Shown here: positions 1 to 10,899 of the stretch, in pieces | How positions within the stretch are numbered: position 1 is the stretch's first letter | Layout of the letters: each line of letters starts with the position of its first letter | Assembly (NCBI RefSeq): GCF_963921235.1 | Contig: NC_086097.1 | Span: 93,002,001-93,066,000 of the forward strand | DNA: 64,000 nt | Direction: 5' to 3' | Source of the DNA: Mobula hypostoma | Taxonomy: Eukaryota | The notes under the pieces: generated by a model | The model's input: the letters and a program-made list of their open reading frames with translations, nothing else | Database searches by the model: none | What the model was told of the DNA's origin: nothing | Made by a program: the position numbers and the translations under genes

Positions 1-620
1 GTCAAGTAGGGTGCCGTGCACAATCCTGATTTGATGGAGACAGACGTGAGAGCACAGAGTTACATCTGGTGAAACTTCTGAAATGCCTTCTTCGCTGCCA
101 CTGCTACTGTGTGATCCATAATCTCTGGAGGAGAAGGCCCCGAGTCCTCGGCTTTGCTTGCTGCTCAGCGGCCGGGGCGGGGTCGAAGCGCTCGGCAGAG
201 GATGGTGCTCAGGAGGCTGTATCAGAGGGGCTGGTCGGAGGCTCGAAGTTTTTGGACGGACTCAGAGTCTTCTGTGGTCGAGTGCTTCCAATGCATCGGC
301 AGTTGTCGGCGCCTGGAGGTTTATGGCAGGGAGAGTTTCTCCCTTTTGCCGCCTGCTATCGGGACTATCGGGAGTCGATCGGAACGTTGAGACATTTGTT
401 TTTACTGTGCCCATGGTCTGCTCTTTATCAAATTATGGTATTGCTTTGCACTACTGTAACTATATTTTATAATTATGTGGTCTTGTCAGTGTTAGTCTTT
501 GGTTTATCCTGTTTTTTTTGTCATATCACTCTGGAGGAACATTGTATCATTTCTTAATGCATGCATTTCTAAATGACAATAAATGAGGACTGAATGTCCT
601 CATAATTGAATCTAATCTAT
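1..620 (+). mobile_element. 3' portion of a young CpG-rich non-LTR retroelement (LINE 3'UTR or SINE-like)
   Basis: CpG-rich body, then an AT-rich tail, AATAAA at 578-583, an 8-bp stem-loop (ATGAGGAC 583-590 / GTCCTCAT 596-603) and an AATCT-type short-repeat end. Family not identified. Confidence 0.55.
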
Positions 621-1744
621 CTGCTATATAATGCATTGGGTTAAGTGAAAAGGGATTGAGTTCCCCATTCAGTGAAGAAGAGCAGGATTGCATAGCAAGG
701 GTAAGCAGGATTCTGTGCTTCAGTGACTGTATCACTAGGTGTGTATGAACACGGCTGCGTTCCTCACTGAATGGTCAGCAGGACTATTGTCTTCAGTCAA
801 AAGAAGATTTTGTCTTGCTTGACCAAAGTGAGTTCTTTTCTGACTGATAGTGAGCATGAGTGAGTTCCTTGCCGCATAGGGGTGAGTTTCTCACTGAAGA
901 GTTTTGTTCTTCATTGAATGATGATGAGGATATCAGTCCATAATCAGTAGAAATATTCCCTGCTTCTGTGTGATATGATGACAGGATACCTTAGAGTTTT
1001 ACAGAGTTACATGTATTCTTCCTCCCACTGCAGTGCCACCATGTCTGCACCCTGTGGGAGAACAAGCATGTGAATGAAAAAGTCGTAAAGGCTGCAATTA
1101 TAATGAAACTTGAAGTAGCAAACACTGGAAAAACAGTACTCAGTCGTCAGGCAGCATCTGCAGAAAAGGAAATAGTTAATGTTCCTCGATTCTTCATTAT
1201 AACTGGGAAAGGAAGAAAACAATTTGTTTTCAGTAAGGGGAAACATAGTGGGGGAATGGATAACATTAAAGTTTAGTTAGAGACTGTTAAGTATTTCTTT
1301 TGGTCAGCCCACTCATCCTCAGTCTATTTTTTTTTTATTTTCCTTTCCCAGTCTGACAAAGGGTTCAGAACAAATTTGTGATGGAGGAGTTTGACATGTT
1401 GGGTGAAACTACGACTATGTCGAGCTGATTGCTTGACTAAATGGCAGGGCAGCTCTCTAATTTAGAGACCTGTACCTGATGTTCATCAATATGCAACATC
1501 AAGTGGGGTGGGAGTGACTTCACTGTGTATGAAATTGGTGCTAAGATCAATGATGAATGGTTCATCTAGGTTTACTCTTTCTCGGGTTTAATGTAGCATT
1601 TGACATCCAACTGAATGATCTATTCAAGAGAAGTAGTAAAGCATCAACCATGATGACTGGTATAGAGTTGCATATAGACCACAGTCACTCAGGATTTCCT
1701 ACCCTGGAGGTGAACCAAATGGGAGTTAAATTAGCTGGGTAGTG

Positions 1745-2115
1745 CAAAAAATAGAACTAAAAAAAACAGTGAGGTAGTATTTATGGGTTCAATGCCCATT
1801 CAGAAATTGGATGGCAGATGGGAAGAAGCTGTTTCTGAATCATTGACTGTGTGCCTTCAGGCTTCTGTGCCATCTTCCTGATGGCAACAATGAGAAGAGG
1901 GCATGACCTGCGTGATGGGGGTCCTCAATGGTGAAAGCCACCTTTTTGAGGTATCATTCATTGATACTATGGAGGCTAGTGCCTATGATGGAGCTGACTA
2001 GGTTTACAACTCTCTGCAGCTTATTTCGATCTTGTTCAATAGCAAACCGCACCCCCCCCATACCAGCTAACAATGTAGCCAGTTAGAATGCTCTCCATAG
2101 TACTTCTGTAGAAAT
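1745..2115 (-). mobile_element. Rex1/Babar-like LINE 3' fragment
   Basis: Contains GGGAAGAAGCTGTTTCTGAATC...CTTCAGGCTTCTGT, the antisense of the 'LPSGRR..SL..HT.RF.NSFFP' C-terminal region. The same sequence recurs at ~23820, ~34590 and ~50820. Confidence 0.75.
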
Positions 2116-2159
2116 TTCCTCTTTGACTGATATGATAAAGTTATGACATATTGTGACCA

Positions 2160-2845
2160 TTGTTGGGCCGCTTATTTAAGTAAGGACCCTTGGAGGGTCA
2201 AACACCCTGAGCCAATAGGCTGGTCCTGGACTTACTTCCTGGCATAATTTACATATTACTATTTAATTATTTATGGTTTATTACTATTTAATTATTTATG
2301 GTGCAACTGTAATGAAAACCAATTTCCCTCGGGATCAATAAAGTATGACTATGACTATGTGTTGGCATTAGAGAGTTCAGAGGAGGTTCACAAGAATTAT
2401 TCCAGGAATGAAAGGTTTATCATAGGAGGAGCAATTAATGGCTCATGGCTTTTACTCGCTGGAATTTAGAAGAATGGGGGGAGATCTCATTGAATTCTAT
2501 CAAATATTGAAAGGCCAACATAGAGTGGACATGCGCACGATGTTTTCTATGATGGGGGATTCTAGGACCAGAGGGCACAGCCTCAGAAAGGAGGGACGTC
2601 CATTTATTGCAGAGGTATTTCTTTTGCCAGAGTTGTGAATCTGTGGAATTCATTGCCACAGACTGCTGTGGAAGCCAAGTCTCTGAGTGTATTTAAGGCA
2701 GAGGTTGACAAGTTCTTGATTAGTCAGGGCATGAAAGGTTATGCGGTGATGGCAGGAGAATGGGTTTGAGAGGGAAATGGATCATGCCATGATGAAATGG
2801 TGGAGCAGAATGGCCTAATTCTACTCATATCTTTTATGATCTTAA
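2160..2845 (+). mobile_element. CR1 LINE 3' fragment interrupted by a 171-bp LINE tail (2187-2357)
   Basis: ORF 2438-2638 (YSLEFRRMGGDLIE..SRTRGHSL) matches the CR1 RT C-terminus at 59245-60369. The insert ends in AATAAA plus (TATGAC)n, and the host CR1 reads through as ...TAAGGA|TGTGTTGGC. Confidence 0.8.
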
Positions 2846-3269
2846 GGGTCCAGTTGTTTGCACCTTCTTTTATGAGTCATATAAAGAACTGGCAACAACT
2901 TACAGATAGCAATCTAACAAGAAGCCTCAACTTCTAGTTAGTGAGAGATCATAACCACTGTCAACTTTGTGAAGTTGTAATGAGAACACAGATAAAAGCA
3001 AGCCATTCTGTACATCATGCCAATTGTTGAGTTTTGAAATGGACCAATAAATAAAGCTTCATCTTGCTTTCGGTCACAATCAATGGAACCTGGCACACTG
3101 GGGTCAGTAGAAAATATTGTAGGACATAACTGCATCCAGACATGAGAAAAATACTGATGACCTGCCCAAAGCTCCCAATGATGACTGGTACTTCAACCAG
3201 TAAAAGAAATTAAAGATTTTGCTTTCTGCCAATGTGGTCTAGGCAAATAAGAGTTCACATTGTAACAGC

Positions 3270-3545
3270 CATCAACCATCAGGCTCTTGAACAAAAGGGG
3301 ATTTGTTCTATTCTATTTTTGGTGTCTCCCACAACTGATGGTCTCACTTTAAAGACTTTATCTTGTTATTTTATACTCTTTATTTATTGCTATTTATTTA
3401 TATTTGCATTTGCGCAGTTTGTTGTTCATTGATCCTGTTTACAGTTACTGTTCTATAGATTTGCTAAATATGTCTGGAGGAAAAGGAATTTCAGGGTTGT
3501 ATGTGGTGATGTGTATGTACTCTAATAATTAATTTTACTTTGAAC
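3270..3545 (+). mobile_element. LINE 3'UTR fragment (Rex1-like tail)
   Basis: Starts AACCATCAGGCTCTTGAA and ends with an AATTTCAGGGTTGTATGTGGTGA...TTTACTTTGAAC tail, similar to other Rex-type ends in the window. Confidence 0.5.
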
Positions 3546-4654
3546 ATCCTCACAGCAAGACCTCGCATATCGGAGCTCAGCAAAAGCTTGTGATGAAGCT
3601 CAGGGTATTCCTTGACCTGGTCTACTGCCACACTGCCTTTGTTCTTTAAAGGACGAAGAAATAAACCTCAAGTCCATGGATCATACAGCCAATCCAGCCA
3701 GAATGTTGAAGACATACCACCATTTTGCACTTAGCAAGCTTGCACCATGTGACTAAAAACGAAATAGTGATGCTTGGTGAGGATTAAATATTCCACAGCA
3801 CAACAAGAAAAATGTTCTCACTCTTCTTTGATATACAGTGTGGGATATTTTATCTACCTGAGAGGCAGATTCTTAGATTAAAATCTGATCCAAAAGATGG
3901 TGCTTTCTACATTGCAATGTCTGCTCAGTTTAGATTTGGAATTTTCTAAGTGGTTACATTGGAAATCTATTTTAACAAGTCACATATAACTAGGGGCATC
4001 AATAGGAAAACCATCAAACCAAGCTGTGTTTTAGCCTAAAGTCAATTTTTTTTAAATTAATAATTTTTTTAAAAGTTTATTACATCTGTTAACAGAGAAG
4101 TCAATATGTGTTGCTGCCTTCCACTCTAAGTGACTAATACATTCAGTAGATAGAAATTGCACAGGTTCTAGTCACACACAAAACTCAGTAATCTTGACTC
4201 CTAATGTTGTCCTAAATGGTCTTTAGCATATTACAGAAATTTTGTAACGACAGTATAAGTTGTGCAATAGATCGCAAAGCAATAATTTAAATCAGAGAAA
4301 ATTACATACTAGTGCGGTGGCATTACATTAAGTATCTCCTGGACAGTTATTACTTGGCAAATATATGTGATTGTGTCAACATTTATTCTCACTTGCCCAG
4401 CTACATGTTAGATTTTCTTTCAGAGTATCCCTCTTTAAGAAATTCTCTCTTCTTAGCTTTTACTGCAACTTCCTACTTCAACTTTAATACCCATTCCCTC
4501 TACATCTTCATTCTGTCTATCTCATTCTTTCCTTCTTTGTCTCCCCTCCCAGTTTGGTCTTGCCTCTGTTATTACATCTCTTTCTCCTTGTGCCCATTTT
4601 TATTTTCATTCTAATCTTTTAAAATTTCTCCCTCTTGCCCACAAATAGTCCCAG

Positions 4655-4965
4655 ACTCTTTCCCAGGATAGCGAAACCCAAAACTAGAGGGCATAGGTTT
4701 AAAGTGACAGAAGAAAGATTTAAAGGGGACATGAGGGCATTTCCACCCCCCCACACACACAAAGGGAGGTGGGCATATTGAACACTGCCAGAGATAGTGG
4801 TAGAGGTGGGTACATTTGTGACACTTAGAAAGCACTTAACAGGTTCATAGGTAGGAAGGCTTTACAATGTTGTGGGCCAATCACAGGTAAATTGGAGTAG
4901 CTCAGTAAGGCAACTTGGCTGGCATAAATGAGTTGGGCCGAAGGGGCTGCTTGTCATGCTCTATG
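4655..4965 (+). mobile_element. Decayed CR1 3' fragment
   Basis: AAAACTAGAGGGCATAGGTTTAAAGTGA corresponds to the CR1 'TRGHRFKV' motif. Typical TGGGCCGAAGGG 3' end. Confidence 0.7.
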
Positions 4966-5490
4966 AGGGAACTAAAAAGTGACAGAGGAAGGAGCAATGG
5001 GGAATGGGACATGTAATGATGACCTAGAGGGCTATTTGGTGCTCAGGGAACCTGGGAGATCAAGTGCTTATTAGCCTTTGCCAAATTTAATGGCAGGATG
5101 CATGCAATAAATTTAGATTTTCTTTCCCATTTGCAGTCTTTCTGATTGGAAGATCTGCCTGAGATTGGTAAAGGTGAAGACTCCGGAAAAGTGTAAGGAA
5201 CATCTGGACAAACATCTGAACAGCCAAGGCACTGTAGGCTGTGGATCAAGTGCTGGTAAATGGAACTAGTATAGATTGGGACTTGATGGGCGTAATAGAT
5301 TGAGAAGCTAGCTGGAGAAGGTGTAAAGAAGAGAGGGAAACCTAGAGTCTGGGAGACATGATTTGGGGAAAAAGAGAAAAGAGACTGGAACGAAAGATAT
5401 CATTATGGGGAAGGACATGGATCCAGGGAGAGCATGAGATTACTCTGGGAAGTTGACTTTTTAGGCACAAATGAAACCATTGAGGTGTGT

Positions 5491-5830
5491 ATCTCAAGCA
5501 GCAGTAAATCAAGGCAACTGGACTTGCTGTGTTGTCTAGAAGACATTTCGCCACTCATCTGAGAGGCTTCCTCAGTTCTAATCCATGGTGAGTAGTTTTC
5601 TGGTTTATAAACTTCTCATTACCTCTATGACTCTTAACAACCCTCATGTGATTGCTACACCTTTAAACAACTCACAGAGTTTATAAGCTGGAAAACTACC
5701 CACCATGGATCAGAACTGAAGAAACCTCTTGTGTGAATGGCAAAATGTCTTCTAGACAACACAGCACAGCCTTGATTTACTACTGCTTGATATGCAATGA
5801 CCTGGATGAATGGGAACCTTCATAGACATA
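5491..5830. mobile_element. Penelope-like element terminal fragment arranged as a long inverted repeat
   Basis: Arms 5491-5613 and 5678-5793 are reverse complements around a ~64-bp spacer. They are followed by ATGACCTGGATGAATGGGAACCTTCATAGAC, which resembles fish Penelope/Poseidon ends. Each arm has a CTGAnGA...[G/A]AAA motif. Confidence 0.7.
5537..5580 (-). ncRNA. Minimal type I hammerhead ribozyme motif (Penelope-associated)
   Basis: The minus strand reads TAGAA-CTGAGGA-A-GCCTCTC-AGAT-GAGTGGC-GAAA-TG-TC-TTCTA. This gives stem I TAGAA/TTCTA, a CUGAnGA core, stem II, GAAA and a GUC site. Confidence 0.65.
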
Positions 5831-5974
5831 TTGAGGAGGGGTGTGGGTGCAATTAGGTTGATCACAGGTGGGGTTAATAAGTACCGTACCTTGATGGATT
5901 GCCTCTGCCTTTTCTTCTTGTGGCACAGTCACTGGAAAAAATGAACCCCTTCCATGGATCAGCCCACTTTCCAT

Positions 5975-6380
5975 TTTTGTGTTAAACTTAGAGGTTAAAC
6001 ATCTTGGCAGATAGATTAAAATGGGATTCATCTAGAATTGGATAGGGTATAAAAAAGTGATGGCGGCAGAACTGGAGGGATGAGATGCTGGATAGGTTGG
6101 GCGTTTTCCTCCCACTGCAGCTCAGGAGTGACTCTATGTGGTTTATAGAATCATGTGGAGTACAGACAAGTTGAATAACCAGAGTGTTTTCCCTAGGGTC
6201 ATCCAAAACTAGAAGGCAGAGGATTAAAGTAAGAGAGGAAAGGTGTAAAAGGGATCTGAGGGGCAACTTTTTCTGTGCAGAAGATGGTGCTGATATAGAA
6301 TGAGCTGCCAGAGGTGGTGATCAAAAGACATTTGGACCTAGTGGGCCAAAGGACCACTTTATGTGCGGTATGATTCTCAG
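5975..6380 (+). mobile_element. Decayed CR1 3' fragment
   Basis: GCTGGATAGGTTGGG...TCCAAAACTAGAAGGCAGAGGATTAAAGTAAGAG...GTGGGCCAAAGG follows the CR1 RT C-terminus and 3'UTR pattern. Confidence 0.65.
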
Positions 6381-7059
6381 CATCCTCACCAAAACTGTTT
6401 CTGGAGGGAGTTTAAAATTACTCCAGATACACTTCATAATTTCACTAAAGCTCAAGTGGTGTCTGTACAGTTATGTCCCCCACAGAATTATTTCTGGGAG
6501 CTAGGTACCTGAGGTGGGTGTGCATATTAGATGAGTTACAAGGCATGGCCATCACAATGAGTCATACACACAGAGAAGGCGGCAGCTGCATCCATACATC
6601 CCCGGGGAAACCCAGTACATTGCTACCCATGGACCTTGGCGCCCAAGGCTGAATTGCACATTCAGGAGAAGCAGTCTTTCATTTACAGTGGAAGAATGTG
6701 ATGCCTCTTTTTCAAAAAGAAAAGCTAAACTGTATTACATGCTAAAATAATTCCATCAGAAAGACAGGGAAATGTGGAAAATATTTAGCAGGTGAGGAAG
6801 ATCTGAAGGGAGAGAAATGCTGGAGATAGACTCCTGAATTTACTAAAAGCACAAAGATGGTGTAGCAAAACATGACAACATAAAAATCTGGTCAGGGTAT
6901 TATCAAGGAAACAAAGGTAATTTACTATTACAGACTGCTTTGCCCCTCAGCTATTGAATAACTTATTCACGATCTGCACATCATTCTACCTTCAAAAAAG
7001 ATTGATTTAGTAGAGGTGGCTCAACGATGACAGCAAGGATGATTCTAGAATTTAGTTAC

Positions 7060-7312
7060 TTACTTAGAGATACAGAATGGAACAAGGCCCTCCCAGCCGA
7101 GTCACCCAACAACCCACTGATTTAATCCTATTCAGATTGTTGGACAATTTACAACCACCAATTAACCTACTAACCGGTACATCTTTGGACTGTGGGAGGA
7201 AACCCACATGCACATGGGAAGAAACGTAGAAATTTGTTCACAGAGGACGCTGGAATTGAACTCCGATGCCCCCAGCTGTAATAGCTTTGTGCAAACCGCT
7301 ACACTACCGTGG
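7060..7312 (-). mobile_element. tRNA-derived SINE (HE1/V-SINE-like)
   Basis: Shared core GGACAATTTACAA..ACCAATTAACCTAC..TCTTTGGACTGTGGGAGGAAACCCAC, with antisense A/B-box-like head at ~7250-7310. Several copies occur in the window. Confidence 0.75.
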
Positions 7313-7980
7313 CTCTGAAATTCACTGAACAGAACACCTGATTAAAACGGGGAGAAGTGTAAATGATACGTATTTAATTTAAACTGAATGCTCAGCACAT
7401 AAGGAACAAACACAACTTAAATATAAGTAATACAGATAGTGAAAGTAGTAAGAGTTTTTTTCCAGTTTGTGCAATCAATATCCCAATGTATAATCCACTT
7501 AAAATAGCCTCAGGAATTCTTGGTTAAGAATGGCATAAAAGGTTAATAGAACAAATCTTAGTAGCATTTGTTCTTTGGAATATGATGATCTATGCACTGC
7601 TGGACATGTTAAGGATACAGGTAAGTGGTACCATTTGTAGAAAAACAAACTATAACTCCTGTATATTATTCTTTCATAACCTGAAAATATCTAAGTGGTC
7701 AACCAACACATTTATTTTAAAATGTACTCCATTTGTAGTTCTTCACAAAGCACATTAACTAATTTGCTCACACACAGTCTTATGACAAGATAATCTCTGT
7801 ATAATTGGTTGTTGGATAAATATTGGATAAAATAATGGGGAGAACTCCGCTGTCTTCCAGCTCGGATTGTTCCTGTCCAGCTGAGACAGCCTTCACTTCA
7901 GTGCTTATTGCTCTCCTACCTGTAAGCAGCAGCCAGCCACTTGCACTGCACGGTTGTTTCTTCAACTTCCAGTACAAAAA

Positions 7981-8109
7981 TTATCACTGAACCAATTAAC
8001 CAACCAGTACCTAATCACAATTATCAGTGAACCAATTAACCAACCAGTACCTAATCACAGTTATCACTGAACCAATTAACCAACCAGTGCCTAATCACAA
8101 TTATCACTG
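7981..8109. repeat. 40-bp minisatellite, ~3.2 copies
   Basis: Unit TTATCACTGAACCAATTAACCAACCAGTACCTAATCACAA starts at 7981, 8021, 8061 and (partial) 8101. Confidence 0.95.
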
Positions 8110-8529
8110 GTCTAATTATTGCTTAGTTGTTGCTATAAACTCATTGTGGGGTTGATATTTTGTATTTTATTCATTACAGATAGAGTAAGGCCATGTCTTT
8201 GCCAATTCAACTCATTAATTACCTCCTGCCTGAAGTAGGACCTGGACCCGGACCCGGACCCACTACAATTTACCTCAATGTGCCTGAGGTAGGACTTGGA
8301 CCCAATACAAGAACATCCCTTAAGAACAGAGATGAGGAGGAATTTCTTTAACCAGAGGGTGGTGAATCAGTGAAGTTTATTGCCACAGATGGCTGTGGAG
8401 ACTAAGTTGATAGGTCCTTGATTAGGAAGGGCGGCAGAGTTTAAGGGGAGAAGGCAGGAGAACAGATTGAGAAGGATAATAAACCTCCCATGATGGAACA
8501 GCGGATTGGCCTGACACTATTGCAATGGC

Positions 8530-9600
8530 TTCTGTTCTAGTTTGCCTACTGCAGCAACAGGTCTGTGTCAGACACAACCTCACTGACTCTCCTCTCTGAT
8601 GTGGAGCGCCTAGTAAACAACAATCCCATCATGCCCTCACGAGCCATCGCTAAGCTTCTAAACCTGGGTGTCTATATCTCCCCCTGCAATGGCTTTCTCA
8701 TTGGGAAACTACAGCTGGTGTGGATCAGTGATAACATCTCCTCCTCACTGACAATCAACACAGGCGTACCTCAGAGATGAATGCTTAGCCCACTGCCCTA
8801 CTCTCTCTACACTCATGACTGTTTAGTTAAGCACAGCTCAAACACCATCAATACATTTGCAGATGATAACTGGTAAAATCTCAGATGACAATGAGGAGAC
8901 ATACAGCGGCGAGACAGATTAGTTAGTCGAGTGGTGTCGCACTGAGGCCAAGGTTTTGACTGTGGACTTCAGGATGGGAAAGTTGGGAGAACACATACAG
9001 TTCTCTTTGAAGGTTTAGTGGTGGAAAGGATGATCAGCTTTAAGTTCCTGGGTGATAACATCCCAGAGGATCTAATATGGGTCCAACACATTGATGCAAT
9101 CACAAGGAAGGCACACCACCAGTTCTACTTCATTAGGAGTTTGAGGAGATTTGGTAAGTCACCAAAGACTCCTGCAAATTTCTTCAGACATATGTGGGAG
9201 AGCATTCAGCTTGCATCACTGCCTGGCATGGAGGTTCCCATGCACAGGATTGCAAGTGGTTGCAGAGGTTTCATAGGCTCAGCCAGCTCCACGACGGTCA
9301 CAACCCTCCCCATCACTGAGGACATCTTCAAGAAGCTGGCATCCATCACCAGGGACCCTCACCATTTGTGACATGACATCTTCCTATTACCACCACTGGG
9401 GAGGAGCCACACTCAAAGATTCAGAAACAGCTTTTTCCCTTCTGCCTCTAGATTTCTGAATGGTCCATGAACATTAACTAATTATTCCTTTTATTGGCAC
9501 TGTTTATTTTTAATTTGTAGTAAATTTCTGTGTACTGTACTGTTGTTACAAAACAACAAATTTCACCTTATATGAGACAGTAATAATAAACTTGGTATTC
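8530..9600 (+). mobile_element. Rex1/Babar-like LINE RT and 3' end, degenerate
   Basis: Translations ISSSLTINTGVPQ and SFKFLG..I.EDL.W.QHIDAITRKA..FYFIRSLRRFG. Frameshifted, with an AATAAA tail at ~9585. Confidence 0.85.
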
Positions 9601-10359
9601 TCTCAAAATGTGTCAATACCACTCATTCTTCCAACTTAAACAATGTATCCATGAAGTGTTTGAGAGGCTGTTATGGAGAATCCAGCCCACCAGTGACGGC
9701 TGGACGCTAGACTGTGGTAGTTAGCAGTCTTCGCACATAAAAGCATCTGTTGATGTCTGTCCCATGCGTCAATGCACTTCCCCCTGGAAATGCACGCCTT
9801 GTCCCTGAAATGCATTGTAAAATGGCGAAGCCCCCTGCAACCCCATCCCCAATGCAATCCTACCACAACCACACACAAGCGGACCAGCTGTCAAAACTCT
9901 TCAACAGTTTGGAATGTCTGAGAATCTCTCTGACGTGCACGTATACTGAAAATTATTCGTACCACTAAGTAATAAATGTTTCGAAAGGATTGTGTTTTTA
10001 AAAAGTTAAAAATGTCTTAGGTCAATTTCCTACAGAAGTTATGTTAAAACAAACAATAATTTTAAGTTAACTCAGCATTAAAAGTATATGAAAACTTTAA
10101 ATAGTCGCTCAGTCCATGCTGTGTAAAATGGGACAGCTCAGAAGGCAGATTTTCCCGCCAGCACCGCTGTGAAATTTGCCGGAAATTGACACTCCCTCGC
10201 TTCACTCCACCATCCATTCCCAGTCAGAGTGACCTCACGGAGGACCTCTCAGAAACGGACAGATTTCCTTGAGTCGCTCACGGAGTTGATTTGGTTTGTT
10301 AAATTGACCTTCCTTGCAAAAGATGTGTTGTCACTGGTTTGACATTGTGCCGGAAAGAT

Positions 10360-10415
10360 TGTACTGCCGACAGTGCGGTGCTCGCTCAGTCCTGCATGAG
10401 ACTGTCAGCCTAGGA
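10360..10415 (+). mobile_element. Ancient DeuSINE/AmnSINE-like fragment
   Basis: GACAGTGCGGTGCTCGCTCAGTCCTGCATGAGACTGTCAGCCTAG resembles the segment gacagtgcagcactccctcagtactgcactggagtgtcagcctag (recalled from memory). Confidence 0.5.
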
Positions 10416-10899
10416 GATGTGCTGAGGTAGACAGGGCATGGTCAAAGATATAGTTTTCAAGGAAAAACCACCACTTGGTCAGTATTGCAAAACTGGGTTG
10501 TCTCTGGCTACACGAATACTGAGGCGGGTCAGAGAAATTCATGGAGAGATTGGGGTAGATGCAGTTAGGATCATCGTGGCTGCTTCTGGAATGAGGAACC
10601 AGGTTACTATCCAGAGGCTAAAAAGGGAATACGGTTTTGAAGCGTTGTAGAGGGGAGAGAGATCAGGTCACTGAAGTGATTAAAGAGTGAAGTCGGCGAG
10701 ATGGAAGTAGATGCTATGGAGGAACGGCAAGGCGCTCAATTCAGGGTCAACTGGAAGGGGCTGGTGGCAAAGTGGGTTTAGCCCCTGTGACGGGAGTGTG
10801 TTCATGGGATACCGGGGTATACCCATTCACTCCAGAGGTTCGGAATATCAAACCAGTTCAGCTTGCATTACCGGACCACGCTCCAGGCGAACATTTTTT

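Noticed and set aside
7981..8109. CRISPR-like appearance of the 40-bp repeat
   Set aside because: Contiguous tandem units with no unique spacers, no cas genes, and a vertebrate context.
8226..8310. Short duplication TGCCTGA.GTAGGAC.TGGACCC with (GGACCC)3
   Set aside because: Local slippage in a Rex1-like LINE fragment (LDPLQF region). Not a distinct element.
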